From: Basidiobolus meristosporus CBS 931.73
Taxonomy: Eukaryota > Fungi > Basidiobolomycota
DNA length: 64,000 bases
Direction of reading: 5' to 3'
NCBI GenBank assembly: GCA_002104905.1
Contig: MCFE01000116.1
Span: 1 to 64,000 of the forward strand
Under the pieces are notes generated by a model that was not told the origin of the DNA, made no database searches, and was given only the letters and a program-made list of their open reading frames with translations. Of this stretch, positions 37,601 through 50,706 are shown one piece after another (within the stretch, counting starts at the first letter, position 1; every line of letters begins with the position of its first letter). Position numbers and translations under genes: made by a program.

Positions 37601-39676
37601 ATTGACATGGACTATATCAAAGAGACAATTGAAACTTTATTAAAAGACAACATCATTACAGAGAGCCAGTCTCTGTGGGCCTCCCCTGCAGTGATAGTCC
37701 CAAAGAAAGACAGAATGCAACACTTTTGCATTGACTACCAAAAATCAAACGCCGTCACCTGGAAGGACGTGTATCTGCTACTACAAATAGACAACCTCTT
37801 GGACAGATTAATTGGAGCTAAATATTTTAGCTCTCTGGACTTAATCTCCAGGTATTGGCAAGTAGAAGTAGCCCCAGAAGATCAACCCAAATCAGCTTTT
37901 ATAACATTGTTTGGTTTATTCAGATGGAACCAACTACCCTTTGGCTTGTGCAATGCCCCCGCTATGTTTCAAAGGATGATCAAGAAGGTTCTAGGAAATC
38001 TACAATGGGAATGAGCTCTTGTGTATCTGGACAACATCACAATATATTCCCCCAATGTAGAAGAACATATACACAACATGCAATATATCCTGACAGCCCT
38101 CCTCAAGAACCAACTCAAACTACATCCCAAGAAGTGCCATTTCCTGTATACAAAATTGTTGTTCCTGGGCCACAAGATCTTGGCAGATGGAATATACCCA
38201 TCTACTTCACTCCTGAAAGCCGTTCAAGATACACCTGCACCAAAAGATATTAATGCAGTGTTGGGACTCCTAGGATTAGCCAGCTACTATTGCTGCTTTG
38301 TCAAGAACTTTGCAACAATAGCAGCCCCCTTATGTAAATTGACGCAAAAAGGCCAGTGTTTTGTGTGGTTGGAGCCTCAAAAGAGAGCATTTCATCAGCT
38401 GAAACATTCCCTGCCATCACCGCCAGTGTTACGTTTCCCCAATAGGGATACAAGATTTTTTATTAACTGTGATGGAAGTCTCACCTCTATAGGTGCTGTA
38501 CTGGGACAATACCACCAACCCAGCAAATTCCACCCAATAGTTATGTGAGCTGTTTGCTAAACAACATGAGCATCACTACCCTGTTACCAAAATAGAATGT
38601 CTGGCTGTTGTTTATTCAATTAAACAATTCCATACATACATACATGGTTGCCAATTCACAATAGTAATGGACCACAGTGCACTGGTCTGGCTGATGAAAA
38701 CTAAAGACTTTACCGGTTGACTAGCACATTGGGCTTTCCAACTACAAGAATACTACTTCAAAATAATTCATTGCACTGGCAAGAAGCACCAAGATGCAGA
38801 CTTCCTCAGTTGTTATCCTGTTTGCCAAGTACGCATCAGCAATGACTATGAGGATGTAATCTGCTTTAAAAGAAGAGGGAAGTATCCCAAATATGTTGCT
38901 ACAAACAAGCAGAAGAGAGACTTTTGAAAGAAATGATGTCAGTGCAAAGTGCAAGAAAACCAATTATGGTTCCTTCAAGGACAGTTCAGAGTCAAGGTAC
39001 CCCTGGTAACTGCCTGCAAAGAAATCATACAAGAAAGACATATGTCATTAGGACATGCTAGTCCCCTAGCAACATACAAGATGTTAAGAAAGACGTTTTA
39101 TTGGAAAAAATGATGACCAATGATGTGAACACACTGCAAAGATGCTCCACCTGCAAAAGATTTAACCAGAGTCAGAAGATAGGCACAACCACACCAATGC
39201 CGCTTGACCTACCCTTCCACCAGGTAGGGATCAACTTTGTTGGCCCCTTTATGAAAACAAAGGAAGGAGAATGATACATAATGACTGCTACCAATTATTT
39301 CTCAAAGTGGGTAGAAGCCCAAGCCGTCCAAAATAAAGACCAGAAGACAACTGCCCAATTCATTCTAGAACACCTTATCTGCCGGCACAGATATCCTCAG
39401 ATACTCCTGTCCAACAATGATGGCTCCTTCCTGAACAACACTGTGACCCATTTGTGCATAGTGATGGGTGTGAAACAGGTCTTCATGGCTGCATATCACA
39501 CCCAGACCAATGGATTAACCAAGAGGATGAACCAGACATGCTGCCACATACTTCAGAAGCTCCACTGGGAACCTCCCCAATCATGGGCCAAGCTACTCCC
39601 ACTGACACTCCTATCAATATGTACAATACTAAATAAACAACAGGTTTCTCCCCATACAAAGTTCTGTATGGACAAA

Positions 39677-39887
39677 AGACTTGTTCCGTCATTCCAGCTG
39701 ATCATAGTGCCCAATAGTGCCATAGCATGCCAGATGGTGCCTGATCATGCCACAGAGTGCCAGATGGTGCCATACAGTGCCAATTTGGGATCAAAATTGA
39801 CATGCGTATGACCCTAAAATATCAAATTAATAACAAAATATACAGCACTCTCTGGCACTATGATCAATGGCACAATGGAACAAGTCT
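39677..39887 (+). mobile_element. 211-bp MITE, copy 1 (inside the Gypsy integrase)
   Basis: Perfect 11-bp TIR AGACTTGTTCC...GGAACAAGTCT and 3-bp TSD AAA (39674-39676 / 39888-39890). Excision restores the integrase reading SPYKVLYGQRPKW. Confidence 0.88.
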
Positions 39888-40417
39888 AAAGACCCAAGTG
39901 GCGTGAAGAAGCTGGATTAACAATGGCAGGTGTCCCTTGTGCAACACATAACAACTATGTAGAAAGGTTGATACACCGTGTCACCTACCTATATATCAAA
40001 GTATTCAAAAATGTTGACAAGCACCTTCCCCCTCCACCCAAAAATGAGAAACTAATGGGACAAAAGTGGAAACCAGGCAATAAAGTGTGGTACAATCAGA
40101 CTGTTGCAGGCCTCAAGTTTTGCCCACAACTTACACTCCAATGGATTGGCCCTGGCACTGTTGTTAGTCTGGACCACAGGCCAAAGTACACCATCACCCT
40201 GAACAATAAGACAATAAGCAATGTAGTGCCTGCCCATCTGAAACCATTTCATGATGATCCACTGATCATCAATGAAACCAAAGTGTGATTAAACAATTAT
40301 CAGGACAAGGATAGAGGAAGACACAGGATACAAACAAAGTTTATTAGAGGAGATTTTAGTCAATATAGGTACAAGTGATATGTGCAAGGAAGTTTGCCCA
40401 AAGGGGAGTACTAAAGA

Positions 40418-41569
40418 ATGCATATGGAAAGCACCAAAGGAAACATTTCACCCAAAACTGGCAATACTCCTTCTACCAGCAAGAACCAAGATGATATTGA
40501 AAACAAGACCAACCTGCAAGTGTTGAAAGATATGGTACAAGCATTATGTGCAACAAGAGCCACCTATGAAGAGTCATTTGCCTGAGCAGTCATGTTGATA
40601 CAAGACACAATCAGAGATGGACAAGACAAGTTACCCACACTGATACAAAGCATGGAGATACTACCCAAGAAAACCATGTACCACCTAAGAGGAGGTTACT
40701 TGATCATTAAGCAGAAGGACACCACACTGATTCCGCATCCATACTGGACACAGTCTGACAGAAGACACAAGGAATCAACTGTTGCGCCCTCACAAGAACT
40801 CAATAGCCTCCCTGTTTTGTTGCACACTTGTCATTAATAGGTACCACAATTGTTGAGGTATACCCAGACCTGGTACAAGCAGCAAGAGCACCAGAAGGAG
40901 AACTCCCAATCAAAGGACTCCTCCAAGAAATTTGCCAACATCTCAAACTGCATTCCCAAGAAGAAACCATCTTGGAGAAGATATGCAAACGGACTAAATA
41001 CACCAACTAGTTAACCCATGCACTCCACCAAGTTGCTGTGTTACCACTATTACAGTGGTTTACCATAGGACAACTCAGGAACCAGTACAAAGTCCAACAC
41101 CAAGAAGCCAAAGAAACTGCCGCAGACTCTGAGGCAAGTACAAAAGTGCCTCAATTGCGCCACAGTTTCTACAGAAGAACTACAATACCTCTTGGAAGAA
41201 GCAAAAACTTGCTATTAGCAACAGGTGACTGCTGACCAGGTGTACGCCCTCTTGAAAAGGTCCCCCACCGTCATATTGAACACAAAAAGGACAAGCCCCA
41301 ACAACATTTGCAAGAAGCAAGACTTTATTGCGCTATTGCACATTTTCTTGTTCTCTGACCCTCCCAAGGAACTTACCCAGAACCTTATAGTTTGCCAACT
41401 ATTTGGCTCTGTGGAAAACATCCCTCAAGCAACGCAAGCTGCACCTCACTCTGCCACCAAATGGTATCAGGTATTTGCCCGCAACCCCCTTGCAAGTGAC
41501 AACCAGCAATGGTACTATGGTGACTCCCCATTCTCCGTGAACAAAATTGACCCTGGAGAAGCAAGTTAG
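40418..41569 (+). pseudogene. Additional ORF between the Gypsy integrase and the 3' LTR, unknown function, disrupted
   Basis: ORF-track pieces 40592-40837, 40828-41010, 41038-41235 and 41225-41569 chain together through single in-frame stops and two frameshifts from an ATG at 40418. Confidence 0.55.
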
Positions 41570-42353
41570 TCAAAGAACTTCAAGAACAAAGCTCCCTCTT
41601 AAACCCTGGGATATGTGAGTACTAAATGCAGTACCCACTCTTTGCCCAAGAGTTCTCCCCAGAGTCCTACCTAAGGTCCCCCAGTATCCTCTCTATGATT
41701 CCCCCATGCACCCTCCCCCTATCCCTGACCTTGTCTAGTTTGAACACTACCATAACAGGAAGGTGTTCACACCCCTATTTTATAACACATTGTTTATTAT
41801 CTAAGCCCCCCCAAGTGATATATATATCTACCCAATTGAACCAAGTGAGAGAAGGGGAGTTGGCCGGAATAAACACAAGTCTTTATTACCTTGCTACCTT
41901 CTATTAAAAGCTATTCTGAACCAAGTGGTACTGACTTGACCTACAAGTTCTCCCACTCACCAAGTACAGCAAAAGGAAAGGACATGCACCAGATCAATGC
42001 CTCACAACAAGATAATCAGCCAAAGAAGTCTGAGTCATGAAATGCTGCAACAACTGAAGCTAGACTACTCACAACTACACTAAGTATTACCACAAACAAG
42101 GATTTCTAGAAGGGGTATACTGACTTTTGAGCATCTCAGTACTTTATATACCAAAAAAAACTTTTACTGATTATCAAAATAATCCAATCTAGAAGGCTTG
42201 CAAGGGTGACCATAGAAGACTTGATTCAGTTGCACAGGGAACCAACAAGTAAGCTTCAAATGCAGTGAAGGAAGCTGCATATCTACCTTCAAAGTAGTAC
42301 TATATATACCAGTAATAGCTAGGAATCTATTACATTTAAGCAAGGCCACAGTA

Positions 42354-42521
42354 CCCAATGAAAAATAATTGTGATAATCCTGTCAATAGGCTGTCACAAA
42401 AGTAAAGTCCCATAAGTAAGAGATGTTGATCTCATCTGGACACTTTACAAAGACTGTTGAAAAATGGTTACACTCCAGATTTCACAAAAAACTAAGCCAA
42501 AATTTTCATCACAATGATACA
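42354..42521 (+). repeat. Terminal fragment (TIR) of the CACTA-type element, interrupted by a second terminus
   Basis: CCCAATGAAAAATAATTGTG... is homologous to the termini at 42522 and 53400. Confidence 0.65.
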
Positions 42522-42858
42522 CCCTATGGAAAATTATTGTGATGTTTGCATCAAAAGGCTGTCACATATTCCAAGTCCCATGACTAAGAGGTATTGATTT
42601 CATCAGGACACTGTGCAAAGACTGTCAAAAAATAATTGCACCCCAGTTATCATAAAAAACTTGGTCAAAAATTTTCATCACAACAATACAAAAGTGGCTT
42701 TTGATTGGTTTTCTGCCAAGTGATCCTCTTGACAACCTTTGACAGGATCAAAATGGCATTTTGATATTTTTATTGCCTACTGAAGTTATGAAACTTGTCA
42801 AGGTTTTATTGGTGTTGTGACAATAATTGCATGGCATTGTTGTGGTCTTAATGCACTC

Positions 42859-43243
42859 TGTGAGTGCTAAATACAGTTCCCATTCTTTGCCCAAGAGATC
42901 TCCCCAGAGTCCTACCCAAAGTCCCCCAGTATCCGCCCTATGATTCCCCCACACGCCCTCCCTCCTATCCCTACCCTTATCCAGTTAGAACGCTTACCAT
43001 AACAGGAAGGTGCTCACACCCCTATTTTATAACACATTGTTTATTATCTAAGCCCCCCAAGTGATATATATATCTACCCAATTGAACCAAGTGAGAGAAG
43101 GGGATTTGGACAGAATTAACACAAGTCTTTATTACCTTGCTACCTTCTATTGGAAGCTATTCTGAACCAAGTGGTACTGACTTGACCTACAAGCTCTCCC
43201 ACTCACCAAGTACAGCCAGTAATAACCCACATATTTGGTGCCA
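42859..43243 (+). repeat. Gypsy family 1 LTR (42859-43231) followed by PBS TGGTGCCATCTC
   Basis: TG...CA LTR homologous to 41614-41970. The PBS matches the 3' end of tRNA-His as I recall the S. cerevisiae sequence (…GAGAUGGCACCA). The internal region is deleted. Confidence 0.85.
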
Positions 43244-43442
43244 TCTCTGCAGAACTTGACAGTATTTTGATGGCCTCATGGTGAGTCTCTGATGGCATTA
43301 TCTTGGCAGTATAGCAGCCTACAGCTAGTTCTGTATAATACCACCTTACTAATTTACAAAACAATATTTCCTTTACTACCTCCCCATGTGCTATTTATAT
43401 GTTCCACTGCAGGATCTCCCCTTGTTATTTGCTTACCCACTA

Positions 43443-46400
43443 CTACCTTGTGTACTCACATATAGCTTGAGTCAAAAAAAACTGTGGCCTTCTGCTACTA
43501 ACCTCTGTAAACATGGACACCTGCCACAATTGACATACTTTCATCACCTCAACTTTACGGCTTTTTAGTGTGATACTTGCAAAGTTGTCATATACCTTGT
43601 ACTGCTGGTAACATATGCATTGCGCAAATATCTGCTTGGTTGTTGCCACTTCTGCCATGAATACCTCCTGAATATCTGCAAAGAACTTCTGGTATTTAGC
43701 CAATATTTTCCTTCTTCCTGCTGGATTCTAGTCCCCCTTATAGGTGCATGCTGGCTTTTATTTGTGTGAATTCTGTATTGAATGGCGTAGAAGTTTGCTT
43801 GTGACCATGAGAAATCCGGCATACCTTGGTAGAGTTTTGATAATAAAAATAGTGCTTGTTGCACCCAACCCAACTTTGCATTACTTAACTGATTACCCAC
43901 ATATTGAAGCTGCTTAGCTTAATGCCATAGGCATAGGTGTCTCCATGTGCACATCTGTCCTCAGTATTTTCCAATTTTTCCTGGCTGTCCTCCATGTGCC
44001 AACTCAATACATCCATGGGGGACTTGAAGGTATTATTCTTGATGAGATTGGGATATGGTAGTAACTGCAACCTGGCCTGTCTTCCTATCTCCCCACACAT
44101 CTGCCCCATAGGAAACACCCAGAAGGTAAGCAAGGCCCAACATACTCCACACACAATGCAAGATGGAGTAGAGAATGGATACAGTAGTGACAGAGATCTA
44201 TGTGTTCAGCTTTATGTTTGTAGTATAGCCACTCATATCCCATTACAAACACCTTGCACAACGGCTTTAGATGTGTCAAGTTGGCATTGGTGATCTGCTT
44301 CTGGATAAATATTCCTACAATGTCTACATATGACTCCCAATGCTTCCAATATACTTTTAATAGGAATGGCTTCAGAATACCACTTCCATAAATACATATC
44401 CAGTTCATCCTGTCTGTGCATTTGTAATGTTGCATATTCATATGAATATTGATTGGAGCCCATAAGAAGTACTTGGGGTAGCGGATACTCTGTAATGTCT
44501 TTACAATTCTTTCAAATTTTCTGGTATCTTGGAAGGCTCATTTAGCTTCAAATTCCCCATGTACAACTTGGTCATCAGTATAGGGATATTGTTGAAAAGT
44601 AAATGCATTGCTTCACTGGAAAGCTTTTACTCCAACAGAGACCCATTATCTTAAGTGTCTCTGATTTCCAATTAATTCCATTCTCTGGCCAATGGCATAT
44701 AGCTTGCCAACTTTGCTGCAACTTTATGCTGACTTCTGTATGTTCTCTCTGTGGGAAGATAATGTAATTAGTGTTGGTGTTTGGATAATAATAATGTGTA
44801 GTTGTGGAGTAAATCACCTGGATCTCACAAACTCAACAGCAATACAGTCCATTGTGCCCAGAAGACCTGCCATCTTGCTGATGGCTGGGGTATCTCCAGT
44901 GCAGATAATAATATGAGCTTTGACATGATGGCCTTTACTGTTATCCTGCTGGAAAACATACAAAACTCATTAAGCACTGAATACAGGTAGCTATCCAGGT
45001 TGGACAGTGACTTAGGCCCAGATACTAGTGAGACTACCATCAGATTTTGGCTCTGATACCATGAGATAGGTGGCAGATTCAGGTTAATGAGAATCAGTGA
45101 ACAGCAGGATTTGCTGGTAGAGTACTTGCTTAATGGGAATCCATCAAGTGCTAAGGCAAAGGCATGATCATACATACCTTCAAAGTAGCCCTTGCTTCTT
45201 AGCTGTTTGTAATATTTGCCATCAAGTATAATGGATATATTCACGCTAAATTGATACTGAGTGTGATACTGTAGAGCTTTACAATATTTATCAGACTGCA
45301 TTAGTTTCTTTAGATGGAGTATTACCAGAAAATATCTGGAGTGTGAACAGTGTTTTCCCTCAACAGTGGTGGATTCATGACAAATTGGACATGTTGCAAT
45401 AATAGTAATTTTGGATGTGAATGCCATGCAACTGCTAGCACATGCTGGAATCAGGATAGTCTCAGGGTCATATGCCACCAGCCACAAGATGGTTGTCCAC
45501 TTGTACCATGCACCAGGTAGGTTGTGTTGCAGAATTATTTGGCAAGAAGTTGTAATAAGTCCTCAACACCTCCATTATTGATGTTAGTGAAAATGTGACA
45601 CTTCTCTAGCCATAACATTACATCATTCACCAGTAGATGGATTACTGGGCTCACTTGGCTCCATAAAGTATCCTTGGCATTTGTTTCCATGGGTATTGTC
45701 TCATTGCATATTGAGATTTGACCGGTCTTATGCATGGTCCTGTTGTTAGAGGAGATAGGCTTACAATCCATCAGTGAACCTTCTTTGTCAGAGATATCAC
45801 TCTGTGTGCCATATTCAGAAGGCTGAGGTGAGCCTAAAGGCATTGCAAGCTTACCTGACTCAGTTTGCGCCAGGTAACAAAGATGGCCAGGTGTCAATAT
45901 AGTGCTGTAAGAGTCTTGGAGATATTAGAAGTGGATTGGGAGAACAAGCAGATTATGTGTTTTCACTTATTGATTTATTGAATGCAAAAGTAGTATATAT
46001 ACTTTTGCAATATCTTAGCATTACAAACACATTGAGTAGGCTAAGGAAGGTCTCAAGAACATGTGTGCAAAGTTTGGTGCTGTTTGGACAACTTTGAGAA
46101 TTTTCATGTTCTGAGTACCTGATATTTTGGTGAAAATATTTAAAGTAAATCCCAACAAGGAATTTGGTCATTATCCTCTAGGATTTGAAGATAATGATCT
46201 AAGCAACTAAGTTGGGTGAATATATAGGTGGAATTACAAGCTTTTACAACACTCCTACTCAGCTGAATGTTCATACTGACTAGTCCTAATTTTGACCTAA
46301 GATATTCAAACTTGTCTCTAGCTAGTGGTTTGGTGAGTATGTCTGCAATCATTTCATCTGAAAGACAGTAAACTAAGCTAACTAAGTTATTCTCTATAGC

Positions 46401-49400
46401 TTTATGTATGAAATGATGTCTAAAATTGATGTGCTTAGTTCTAGCATGAAAAGATAGATTTCTACCTAATTGTATACATCCTTGATTATCTTGAAAAAAT
46501 GTAATAGGCAGTTCTCAACATAGGCCTAAATCTGTAAAAAGCTTTCTCAACCACATTGCTTCTTTTGTAGCTTCACAGGCTACCATATACTCCTCCTCTG
46601 TAGTACAAAGGGCTTTGGTTGGTTGCTTTCTTGAATTCCAAGAAATTGCTTCTTTACTGTAAAGAATGGTATCTACTGTGGTCAATCTTCTGTCTTCCAA
46701 ACATTGTCCCCAATCTGCATCAGAATATCTGACAAGATCCTATTCTGAATCCTTATAAGTGTATCTTAAGCAGATATCAGCAGTTCCTTTTAGGTATCTA
46801 AAAATCCACTCAACTGCTGCAATATGATCAGATCCATATTGCTGATTATGTTGGCAGACAACTCCCACTAAATATGAGATATCTGAATGTGTTCCAAGCA
46901 TGATATACATCAGACTGCTGACCATAGATTGATAAGGGCGGTCAGGGCTTCAGATGGCACTAAGCTCTCTTGATTTGGTTGAGCTTTGACCAAGTTAAGG
47001 TTTGTCTTCATTGGGGTAGCTGCTGGTTTACAGTCTTCCATTTGATACTTCTTTAGTATATCTGGAATATGCTTGGATTGGCTTAGGGTAATAGTCTGGG
47101 TACTTCTGTCTATGGAGAACTTAATCCATAAGTAGTAACTGAGTTCTCCTAGATTGGACATCCTGAACTCCTTAGACAGGCTGGATTTAGTCTCTTCCAA
47201 AGTTTTTAGGTTATTGACAGCTATAGTTAGATCATCCACATAAAGTGCTAATATCACTGGATTTGTTCTATCTGGCATATAGTATATACTATAGTCAGCA
47301 TTACTTCTTTTGAAACTCAAAGATTCCAAATAAAAATCTATCATGCAAATCCAGACTCTTGGTGATTGTTTGAGACCATAGAGTGACTTAGTAAGCTTGC
47401 AGACCAAATGGGGGTTGTCATGGTCAACAAACTCATCAGGCTGGTCCATATACACATCCACATCAAGTTCTCCATTCAAAAATGCAGTTCAACATCAATT
47501 TGATGAGTAAAAACCTATATGTGGCTGCAATGGCCAATATTAAACTGATGGAATTAAACTTGGCTACCAGTGCAAAGGTCTCAGTATAGTCAAGTCCTTT
47601 TGTTGAGAGTATCCTCAGGCCACAAGTCTTGCTTTGTATCTTTCAATTGTACCATCAGCCTTGTATTTTGTCTTGAAGACCCATCAACATCCAATTGATT
47701 TTTGGTTGATTGGTAATTTGACTAAGTCCCAAGTTTGATTTTCCATCAGGGCCTGATATTCCCTGGTCATTGCAGATCTCCAAAACTTCATCTGAGGGTT
47801 ACTTAGGGCCTTTTTTACAGTCTGGGGCTCATTTATATGGACTGAATAGGCATAGGCTGAGTTTGTACCATCATTGATATAGTAATTTGAGCTAGTTCTT
47901 GACCAATTAGATCTCAGGGCATTTGATACTGGAATAATCACTTCTGCAATATTCCTGGGCACTGCTTCAGGCTGAACCTTGATTGTGAAATGAAAAAAAC
48001 TATCATTGTTTTACACTGATTCAATCCTGACAATTGGTGGACTTGAGATCAGATTTTTGTCATCAACTAATGTCATTTTTTGTGAAAATTTTGTTTTTAC
48101 ATTAAATAGCACTTCCCTGGACTTGATTAGCTTCTTTGCTATGGTATTGCAGAGTCTGTATGCTTTACTCTCATTGCAGTAACCCAAAAATATGCATTTT
48201 ACAATTTTTGGTTTAAACTTTGACTGGTTTCTGTGCAGTTTGTTGGCACATGCTGTTCACCCAAATATTCTTAGATGGTCTGCACTTGGTCTGTACCCAT
48301 ACTATGCTTTAAATGGAGTAGAATCTCAAAGTATTCTGTTATAACTCCTAATTTTAAGGTATACAGCAGTGGCAACTGATTCCGCCCAAAAATCATAGGA
48401 TAATTTTTAATCATGGATCATAGACCTTGCCATATTAATTATTGATCTGTTAGCATGTTCTGCTACTCCATTTTACTGTGGGGAGTATGGTACAGTAGTC
48501 TCTTGCTTTATTCCTTGAATTTTGCAGAAGTCAATGAAGAATTTTGAGGTATATTCTCCACCATTGTCAGTGCATGTTTTCTTGATTTTTTTACCAGTTT
48601 CTCTCTCCACCATGGCTTTGAGCTCCCTGAGCTTAGACACAGCTTCTTCCTTTCTCTCCATGAAGTAGATCCATATGGATCTTGTATAATTATCAATAAA
48701 AGTGATTAAATACTTCATCACGCCTAAGGATAAATTTTGCATATGTCCACACAGATCCAAGTGAATTAGATTTAATTGTTTCTTGGTTTTGAATAGCCCA
48801 GAGCTCTTGAACAGTTGCCTGGCTAGTTTCCCACAAATGCAGGCTTCACAGTGCTCCAAATTAGCTGGAGGATCAATTTTTACTCCAGAAATTAGCTGAT
48901 CTTTGATCATTTTGGGCCAATAATCAAAATTGCTGTGTCCAAAACTCCTGTGCCAATACATTGGTGTTTCTTCATTTAAGTTACTTATATCGGCCTCCAA
49001 ATATGATGGAATGTAGGTCAACTTGCCTATATTTTGATCTCTGATACCCAAACAATATGGGCACTATTTTGATCAGTGATCCTGCATCCAGAATTGTCAA
49101 AGCTGAAACTGCATCCTTTGGGTGTAACCTTGCTTACATATAGTAGGTTCTTGCCTATATCAGGTACATAGTGCACTTCTTTAAAGGTCAGTGTATGGCT
49201 TCCTTCACTGCTTCTTAGGTTTACTTGGATAGTTCATTCTCCCACTGCATGAAGTGTTCTATGGTCACCTATGAAAACCTTCTTAATTGGAATATCTTGA
49301 CATTGGGTAAAAGGTTCTCTTTGGTGTGTAAAGTGTTGAGATGCTCCAGAGTCAAAATACCATGTTTGAGAATCCTTGATTGTAGTTATATATAGTGCAG

Positions 49401-50420
49401 ATATGAATAGTCTGTCTTCAGTTGTTGCAGCATTTCCATATTCAGGCTTCCTTTGCTGATTATCTTTCTTTTTAAGTACCAGTCTGATATGTGTCCTTTC
49501 CTTTTGCAGTAGTTACAAAATAGGTTGCTGTTGCCTTTGTAGGGTCTTGGGTACCTCCTTTGTTAGTTATCATTACTTCTTAAAGCATTTTCTTCTTCCC
49601 TCTCATTGGTGCTTGCTTTCTTAATTCTTCATCCAGGAGTCCTACATATGCCTAATTTAAGGTCAAATCATCAGTTCTGGACTATAGGGCTGATACAAGG
49701 CCCTGAAACTTGTCAGTAAGGCTATTCAGGATGGTAACAATCACATAGTCATCAGTAGTTGGTACATCCACAGATTGCATTTCATCCACCAGCAGGGTAA
49801 TTCTGTAATTAGATTTTTCATTTCTTCTCCTGGCCACATCATTTTTGTGACCTCCATAAGCATACTTTGTTGTTAGAGTCTTGGAGATATTGGAAGTGAT
49901 TGGGAGACAAGTAGATTATGTGGTTTTCACTTAATGATTTATTGAATGTAAAAGCAGTATTTGTACTTTACATGGTCTTGGCATTACAAACACATAGAGT
50001 AGGTTATGGAAGGTCCCAGGAGCATGTGTGCAAAGTTTGGGGCTGTTTGTACAATTTTGACAATTTTCATGTTCTGGGTACCTGGTATTTTGGTGAGAAT
50101 ATTCAAGGTAAATCCCAACAAGAAATTTGGTCAGTATCCTCTAGGGTTTGAAGGTAATGATCCAAGTGACTAAGTTAGGCAAATACCTAGGTGGAATTAC
50201 AAATTTTACAATATATAGAAGTATCAACTGGCCAGCAAGATAATGTTGGTACAGTAATGACTGATGAATAGTCAAATATGATTTGTGTGAAAACACTGGC
50301 CATGGTCCTTGTAATACCTCCTATGCTGTCTACATGCTTCATGGCTGATAGGCTTGCTACAAAAGCCACATGGTCTTTTTCTCTTCTCTTATGGTGTTAA
50401 ATCAAAGTAGTCTTGTCCAT
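43443..50420 (-). pseudogene. Tnp2/Transposase_21-like (CACTA) transposase, interrupted by Copia copy 3
   Basis: DGKYYKQLRSKGYF..ALALDGF...LILINLNLPP...GPKSLSNLDSYL; C-terminal FVMGYEWLYY...CIHSLLHLALCVEYVGP; N-terminus MDKTT at 50420. Many stops and frameshifts. Confidence 0.82.
45903..50213 (-). mobile_element. Ty1/Copia family A copy 3 with both LTRs (50213-49868; 46251-45903), TSD TATAG
   Basis: TATAG at 45898-45902 and 50214-50218; PPT-like TGAGTAGGAG before the 3' LTR; decayed PR-IN-RT-RH; gag start and PBS deleted. Confidence 0.95.
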
Positions 50421-50706
50421 GGGGCAAACAGTTTGACCTTCAACAACATAACACTATTATATTGCTTTATGGTCAATACTCATGTGAATGACAGTCCTGT
50501 ATTTGAGACATTGCACCTACATGAATGCAAGAATCAATGTTGACCCACCATGGTAAGCATTATATGCAAAATTGTGGCACCATATACACGTGTATATGTA
50601 ACACTATTTCCCTTTTGGTTTGACTCACATCCACATATATGCCACCAAAAAATAAAGCAAAGTTATCTGGTCCCCAACTAAACCCCACTGCTACAGCAGG
50701 TGAACA

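Larger units (their letters stand above)
35382..41970 (+). mobile_element. Ty3/Gypsy family 1 element (truncated 5' LTR 35382-~35476, gag, PR, RT, RH, IN, extra ORF, 3' LTR 41614-41970)
   Basis: gag knuckle CYVCKEVGHQAHKC; protease ALINTGSS; RT SLWASPAVIVPKKD, SSLDLISRYWQV, LPFGLCNAPAMFQR, YLDNI; RNase H; integrase with a GPY-like WIGPG. Order PR-RT-RH-IN; both LTRs start TGTGAGTACTAAATGCA. Confidence 0.95.
34627..42353 (+). mobile_element. Older Copia A copy (LTR U5, PBS, gag 34716-35381; gag zinc knuckle and protease 41971-42353) split by the Gypsy insertion
   Basis: gag homology (RAKTAKNAQKALEDTYQSC) stops at ...GGTACCTGA 35381. Homology to the Copia knuckle/protease region resumes at 41971 and ends at the CACTA terminus at 42354. 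Confidence 0.8.

Noticed and set aside
39700-39790. Short GTGCCA repeats resembling a CRISPR or minisatellite array
   Set aside because: They are subterminal repeats within the 211-bp MITE; there are no unique spacers and the context is eukaryotic.
39923-40288. Chromodomain at the end of the Gypsy integrase
   Set aside because: The integrase ends shortly after the GPY-like motif with no chromodomain signature.
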